From NCBI GenBank assembly GCA_040377305.1, contig JBEIPA010000007.1, forward strand, positions 1 to 64,000: a stretch of DNA of 64,000 nucleotides, in the 5' to 3' direction. Position 1 is the stretch's first letter; every line of letters begins with the position of its first letter. The notes beneath the pieces were generated by a model that saw nothing but the letters and a program-made list of their open reading frames with translations, was not told the origin of the DNA and did not search any database. This DNA comes from Flavobacteriales bacterium (lineage in GTDB: Bacteria > Bacteroidota > Bacteroidia > Palsa-965). The position numbers and the translations under genes were made by a program. Below, one piece after another: positions 58,990 through 64,000 of this stretch.

Positions 58990-60021
58990 ATGGAACGCCG
59001 TAAATTCATTCGTAATATTTCACTTGGTGCCGGACTGCTTGCCGGAGGAAGCTTATTTTCACGCGAGAGTCAAGAGAGTAACCTGTTAGTCGGAAGTTCC
59101 ATGCCGGATACGATATTGCCACCTAAGCTCAATCGTGGTGATACCGTTGCATTAATGGCTCCAGCCGGCGCAATCTTCAACGACGAAACAACTCCAAAAG
59201 CGAAAGCAGCATTAGAAGCAATGGGTTTTCGTGTGATAGTCGGAGAGACTGCAAGCAAACGTTTTGGTTATCTCGCTGGCGATGATCAGTTTCGAGCGAG
59301 TGAATTCACGAAGTTTCTCCTCGACAAGAACGTGAAAGCCATTGTCGCACTACGCGGTGGGTGGGGATGTGCGCGCATGTTACCGTACATCGACATGACG
59401 TTGATTCCGGAAAATCCGAAAATCATTTGCGGGTTCAGCGACATTACAACACTGCTGCTTGCGATCACGAAACAAATAGGACTCGTAACGTTTCACGGAC
59501 CGGTTGGAAATTCTACCTGGGAAGGAATGACGACTGAGAATTTTCTGGATGTTGTACAGGCAAGAAAATCATCGATCGTGATGAAGAGTCCGGATACAAA
59601 AGTGATTCGCGATGGTGTTGCAAGCGGACGATTGCTGGGAGGAAATCTCTCTATCATCTGCAGTCTCATCGGAACTCCACATATACCCGATTTCACGAGC
59701 AGCATTCTCTTCCTCGAAGAAACAGAAGAGGAACCGTATCGTATCGATCGTTTGCTTACGCAATTGCAGCAGGCGGGAATTCTGGATAAGCTCAGCGGAG
59801 TTGTGTTCGGAACCTGTGCGAAATGTGAACCGGAAGAACCGGAGAAATCATTCACACTCGATGAAGTACTTGACTTTCATTTCAAGAACAGAAAGTATCC
59901 GGTTATCAAAGGATTTGCAATCGGTCACATCAAAGATAAATTCACAATACCGGTTGGTATGCCGGCTACGTTGGATGCAGGGAAGTTGACGTTGACTCTT
60001 ACAGAAGCTGCAGTGAAGTAG
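58990..60021 (+). CDS. LD-carboxypeptidase (peptidase S66) with Tat-like signal
   Basis: MERRKFI; RGGWG, GFSDITT, FHGP, GGNL, FLEE, IGH. Confidence 0.9.
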   Translation: MERRKFIRNISLGAGLLAGGSLFSRESQESNLLVGSSMPDTILPPKLNRGDTVALMAPAGAIFNDETTPKAKAALEAMGFRVIVGETASKRFGYLAGDDQFRASEFTKFLLDKNVKAIVALRGGWGCARMLPYIDMTLIPENPKIICGFSDITTLLLAITKQIGLVTFHGPVGNSTWEGMTTENFLDVVQARKSSIVMKSPDTKVIRDGVASGRLLGGNLSIICSLIGTPHIPDFTSSILFLEETEEEPYRIDRLLTQLQQAGILDKLSGVVFGTCAKCEPEEPEKSFTLDEVLDFHFKNRKYPVIKGFAIGHIKDKFTIPVGMPATLDAGKLTLTLTEAAVK

Positions 60022-60035
60022 AGTTCTGTCGCCGG

Positions 60036-60164
60036 CGGCTGAAGCCGCGCGGTTATCATGTGCTATCTTTTGGGAAGTTTGCAATGAGAAAAAATGGCAG
60101 AGCCATTTTTTCTCATTGCAAAACAATAGATAAAGTACAACATGATAACCGCGGGCTTCAGCCC
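60036..60164. repeat. MITE/REP-like palindromic element, copy 2
   Basis: cggctgaagcc.cgcggttatcatgt / acatgataaccgcgggcttcagcc; inner tttgcaatgagaaaaaatggc-aga-gccattttttctcattgcaaa. Confidence 0.85.
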
Positions 60165-60185
60165 GTGGAAATTGAGAGACGCTTT

Positions 60186-60779
60186 CTATATCTCAAATCC
60201 AATTCCCACATTCACCATAACATTCCTCTGCTGTTCACGCTCACTCGTGTGCTGAATAACATCGGTTAATCCGTGATAATAGCCTGCGTCAAAGTTCAAC
60301 CAGGTGTTATCGTGAATTCTGTAATTGAATCCACCCGCCGCAGTAATTCCGAAATCGAATTTATCTTCTGATGTGTACGTGGGTCCTGTTTGTTTCACAA
60401 GGAATCCCATGGAAGGACCCGCCATCACTTTCGGTCGCAGATCATTGCCCCAGCCTCCGAAGAAGTAAATCGCGCGGATAGGAACACGGAGATAATCGTA
60501 TTGCGTATTCGTCTTTCCGCTTTCAGGAAGAAACTTGTGCGATCCTTCAATGGAATAGCGCACATCCATACCAATACCCCAGTGTTCAATGGGAGAATAA
60601 ATTGCAAATCCGCCGGCACTGTAAGCAGGATGATATTCCGAATTCGCTACCGGCGACATCCACGCGTGGCCGAAACCAATTACCGGCCCAACCGAGAATT
60701 CCTTACGTGCCGGTTCTTTTTGGGCATTGGCTGCAACTGCAAAGAACAATGCAAACGGCAATATGAGGATGCGTTTCAT
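60186..60779 (-). CDS. PorT-like small outer-membrane beta-barrel
   Basis: Signal peptide, YSIEG, YLRVP, AGPSMGFLV, FDFG, YYHGLTD; ends GIGFEI. Confidence 0.85.
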   Translation of the reverse strand: MKRILILPFALFFAVAANAQKEPARKEFSVGPVIGFGHAWMSPVANSEYHPAYSAGGFAIYSPIEHWGIGMDVRYSIEGSHKFLPESGKTNTQYDYLRVPIRAIYFFGGWGNDLRPKVMAGPSMGFLVKQTGPTYTSEDKFDFGITAAGGFNYRIHDNTWLNFDAGYYHGLTDVIQHTSEREQQRNVMVNVGIGFEI

Positions 60780-60980
60780 GACGACACGAGATGGTTTGAA
60801 TCATTAAACCAGTCAAAAACATGCCACTGGTAATTCTGGCATTTTACCGCGAAATCGTCGTTTTAACAGTTCGTACAACTGTTCCCATTGGGGAAGAACG
60901 TGTAAGAAATTCCACGAGGCATATTGCAGTTGGATCGATGTCTGCTTAAATTGGTACTTTCAATTCAATCAAATAACGAC

Positions 60981-61619
60981 ATGAAAAAGTTCTTCTTTGT
61001 TCTCTTTTCAGCGATGACAATGGGTGCATTTGCACAACCGGTTGCAAACTGTTCGATGATGTGTGTGCTCAACATCACGTTGGATACTGCAAATAATGAA
61101 ATGGAAGTCACGCTCTTCAGTGGCGATACGAATCACATCAACTATCCAACCATTCAGGTGATTGATATGAATGGAGACACGGTTGGAAATCCTGCAGGCA
61201 CATTTTATTTCTTCGCACAGTTGCAGGGCACAATGACACATGAGATTCCAACTACACTTACCACACTTCCTCAGCCATTCAACTGTACGGTTCTTGTAAC
61301 GGATCAGGTGTGGGATACAACCTGCTACTTCACATATCCGATGAGTTGCCCAATGAACATCATCAACCCGGATGAGCGCAACGCTTTTGAAGTGTATCCG
61401 AATCCAGCAACGGATGTGTTGACGATCATGTTGCCGGGAAATTATTCAGGTAAAGCAAAAGTCGGCATCTCCAATATGCTTGGCGAAGTGTTCACAGGAT
61501 CCATGGTTGCACACAACGGCAAAATTGATCTCGACGTTAACGATCTGGCCAGCGGAGTTTACTTCGTAAGCGTTATGGTTGACGATAAGCAGTATATGCA
61601 GCGGTTTATCCGGAAGTAG
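60981..61619 (+). CDS. Small T9SS cargo protein
   Basis: Signal peptide MKKFFF..AFAQ; YPNPATD..LASGVYFV..RFIRK CTD. Confidence 0.85.
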   Translation: MKKFFFVLFSAMTMGAFAQPVANCSMMCVLNITLDTANNEMEVTLFSGDTNHINYPTIQVIDMNGDTVGNPAGTFYFFAQLQGTMTHEIPTTLTTLPQPFNCTVLVTDQVWDTTCYFTYPMSCPMNIINPDERNAFEVYPNPATDVLTIMLPGNYSGKAKVGISNMLGEVFTGSMVAHNGKIDLDVNDLASGVYFVSVMVDDKQYMQRFIRK

Positions 61620-61677
61620 CACGGCCCACCCTCAGGATATAGTGCAGATTTGTTACTTGTTAGCAGCTAACACCTAC

Positions 61678-61714
61678 AGCATTTGCACATCTGCACATTT
61701 ACACATTTGCAAAT
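61678..61714. repeat. Octamer tandem tract (catttgca-like)
   Basis: gcatttgcacatctgcacattttacacatttgcaaat between convergent genes. Confidence 0.6.
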
Positions 61715-61726
61715 AAGGCAGAAGTT

Positions 61727-62338
61727 CTAGAGTGTTCCAAAGCTAAACCCACGCACCTTCATCTCTTCAATATAACGAGGCAACGCATACAGCATGCGCT
61801 CCTTCGCTTTTTCGCTGTCGTGGAAAACAACAATTGATCCGGCGCGTGAATACATCAACGCCAGCTCGAGGCAATGTTCCTTCGCGTATGTTTTATCGAA
61901 ATCATACGTGAGCACATCCCACATAATGACTTTGCAACGGCGGGAAAGTGTGGAGAACTGCGAACGACGCATGTGTCCGTAAGGTGGACGAAATAATGTG
62001 GTCTGGAACAACGCACTGCATTCTTTCACATCGCGCATGTAATCGAACCAGGGAAGTTTCCATCCGTCAACGTGATGCATGGTGTGATTGCCAACAGAAT
62101 GTCCGTCGGAAATAATCTGCTGAAAAATTTCCGGATGCTTCTGTACGTTTTCTCCTACGCAGAAGAACGTTGCTTTCACATCGTACTTCTTTAAAACAGA
62201 CAGTGCCTCGGTAGTGATACCGGGCACTGGTCCATCATCAAACGTGATGTAAATTTTCTTTTCTTTCTTAGACATTCTCCACGTCGCTCCCGGATAAACC
62301 TGGCGAAACAGTTGTGGAGGACGAACCATGAGAGGCAT
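61727..62338 (-). CDS. Polysaccharide deacetylase (NodB/CE4)
   Basis: TFDDGP, ATFFCVG, GNHTMHH, LFRPPYG, GSIVVFHD. Confidence 0.94.
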   Translation of the reverse strand: MPLMVRPPQLFRQVYPGATWRMSKKEKKIYITFDDGPVPGITTEALSVLKKYDVKATFFCVGENVQKHPEIFQQIISDGHSVGNHTMHHVDGWKLPWFDYMRDVKECSALFQTTLFRPPYGHMRRSQFSTLSRRCKVIMWDVLTYDFDKTYAKEHCLELALMYSRAGSIVVFHDSEKAKERMLYALPRYIEEMKVRGFSFGTL

Positions 62339-62340
62339 AA

Positions 62341-64000
62341 CTACTGGTCCGGTTTTTTATTCGGATTCGTAGAGTCACTCATGTTCTGCATGGCCTCCAT
62401 GAGCGAATCCATATTGATTCCACCTGTTGGCATTTGCGGTTGTCCCATTGGTGCAGGCGGTGGTGGAATCGGAAGACCCATTGCCTGGTAACGTGTTTCG
62501 TACTTCGCACGCATTTCCGTTTGACCGTATTGTGCGGAGAAATTCGTCAACATGTCGAGTGCGGAATTCAATCGTCCGATATCACCTTCATACGATTTGC
62601 TGTCGCGCGATTTCTGTGCAACACCTGAGAAGAACAGATATTCTTCCGCACACACATCGAACAAAGCATCCGAAAGTTTTTTGGCTTTATCCGTTGCACC
62701 GGCTTTGTAGTAATTCTCTACGGCGTAAACCATCGCAGGTTCGAGTGGAATAATGCTTTGCGGCATTACTGTCTGCATGTAATCAAGTACTTCAATCGCC
62801 TTGTCAGATTTTCCTTCGTCATTCAACATTTTCGCGAGCGACATCATCTGTAAACGCTGGTTCGTTGTGAAGCGAAGGTTGTTTTCATCCATGTAGATTT
62901 GCGCACCCGGAACTTCGAGACCGCCCCACTTGAATTTCTTCATAATGTTCTCGTACATGATGTCGGTGTTACAACCAACAACTTCGTTGAACAGTCCGCG
63001 CTTGTCGCCTTTGATTGGCACAAGACGATATGCAAGTCCTTCAAGACGGAACCAATCATCTAAGTTCAAATAGCTGTCGCCACCTGCAGTTACCGCGAAG
63101 TAAACAGGACGCTCCCAGTCAAATGTTGCAAGAAGATCGAGGATCATCAGATCGGCTTTCAACAAGTATGATTTGTTGATTGTCCAGCTGAGTGTATCGG
63201 CGATGAGGCTATCAGGTGTACCCGGAAGCACAGCGCCGTTTCTGCGGCATGCTTCTTTGTTCACTGTGATGTACACTTTGTTTGTAGGCAACATGTACAT
63301 AGTATCTGTATACGGCTCATCGTTGTCGTCTTTGCGGTAACGAAGCTGTGTTACGCTCTTGTCGCCTTTGATGATAAGATCAATCAACTGACGGGCGCTC
63401 ATTGGTTTCGCAGTAGCCATTTTCTGACGATCGAAGAATACCTGATCGCAAGAACCTGAACGGTATTTCGCGCGCGGCAATGAGAACGGAACAGCATCTG
63501 AATCGTATGCTTTACGTGAAGCCTGATCGATGTACCAATCTGTATTGAGGAGACTCAGGTTGAGTACGCGCATGTCTGTGCGGTAGCCTTCCACTTCCTG
63601 TTCGTACCACAGCGGGAACGTATCGTTATCTCCGTTGGTAAACAGCACGGCGTTTGGTGCGCAAGTGGCCAGGTAGTTTCCTGCAAAGTCTCTCGCCGTG
63701 TATCGGTTTGAACGATTGTGATCATCCCAACCTTCACTCGCCATCAGAATAGGAACGCCAATACAAACTACCAACGCTGCAAATCCAGGAGCCATTGCTG
63801 AACCGCCGGTTGATGGTTCAAGCGGATTACGACTACCACGCATCGCAAAGCGAATCACGTGTGCAATTGCAAACACACCAAGTCCAATCCAGATCGCATA
63901 CGCATAGAATGAGCCGGTGTATGCATAGTCACGCTCTCGTGGTTGCAACGGATACTGGTTCAGATAAACTACAATTGCTAATCCGGTGAAGAGGAACATG
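62341..64000 (-). CDS. DUF2723 (TMEM260-like) membrane protein, C-terminal part (5' end outside window)
   Basis: QPRERDYAY.GSFYA..IWIG, WDDHNRS, LFTNGDNDTFPLWY.QEVEGYRTD, LSLLNTDWY, EGLAYRLVP. Confidence 0.88.
   Translation of the reverse strand, partial: MFLFTGLAIVVYLNQYPLQPRERDYAYTGSFYAYAIWIGLGVFAIAHVIRFAMRGSRNPLEPSTGGSAMAPGFAALVVCIGVPILMASEGWDDHNRSNRYTARDFAGNYLATCAPNAVLFTNGDNDTFPLWYEQEVEGYRTDMRVLNLSLLNTDWYIDQASRKAYDSDAVPFSLPRAKYRSGSCDQVFFDRQKMATAKPMSARQLIDLIIKGDKSVTQLRYRKDDNDEPYTDTMYMLPTNKVYITVNKEACRRNGAVLPGTPDSLIADTLSWTINKSYLLKADLMILDLLATFDWERPVYFAVTAGGDSYLNLDDWFRLEGLAYRLVPIKGDKRGLFNEVVGCNTDIMYENIMKKFKWGGLEVPGAQIYMDENNLRFTTNQRLQMMSLAKMLNDEGKSDKAIEVLDYMQTVMPQSIIPLEPAMVYAVENYYKAGATDKAKKLSDALFDVCAEEYLFFSGVAQKSRDSKSYEGDIGRLNSALDMLTNFSAQYGQTEMRAKYETRYQAMGLPIPPPPAPMGQPQMPTGGINMDSLMEAMQNMSDSTNPNKKPDQ

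Overview
Bacteroidota chromosomal window. The assignment rests on TAnnTTTG -7 promoter elements, several T9SS C-terminal-domain cargo proteins and typical Bacteroidota conserved genes. There are about 45 credible CDSs and one tRNA-Cys(GCA). I saw no CRISPR array, transposase, integrase or reverse transcriptase. The most notable locus is a minus-strand sulfur-assimilation region (23532 to 14238): promoter, an unannotated 31-aa leader peptide with 11 consecutive Met/Cys codons plus antiterminator and terminator, tRNA-Cys, sulfite reductase-HEPN fusion, a second 15-aa leader ending CCMCM with a long hairpin, cobA, 1-Cys peroxiredoxin, two DUF2490-like barrels, a SirC-TauE fusion, cysH and hom. 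This looks like a two-tier, ribosome-sensing Cys/Met attenuation system that also controls a tRNA gene. A second theme is non-coding elements attached to gene 3' ends: stacked duplicates of C-terminal codons that differ synonymously (1818-2352, 43690-43947) and heptamer hairpins that supply the Gln-stop of five genes. Also present are a prokaryotic pentameric ligand-gated channel homologue, a VIT-vWA/TonB-barrel fusion and two GT-C O-mannosyltransferase-like genes. All calls come from reading motifs by eye; no database search or folding program was run.
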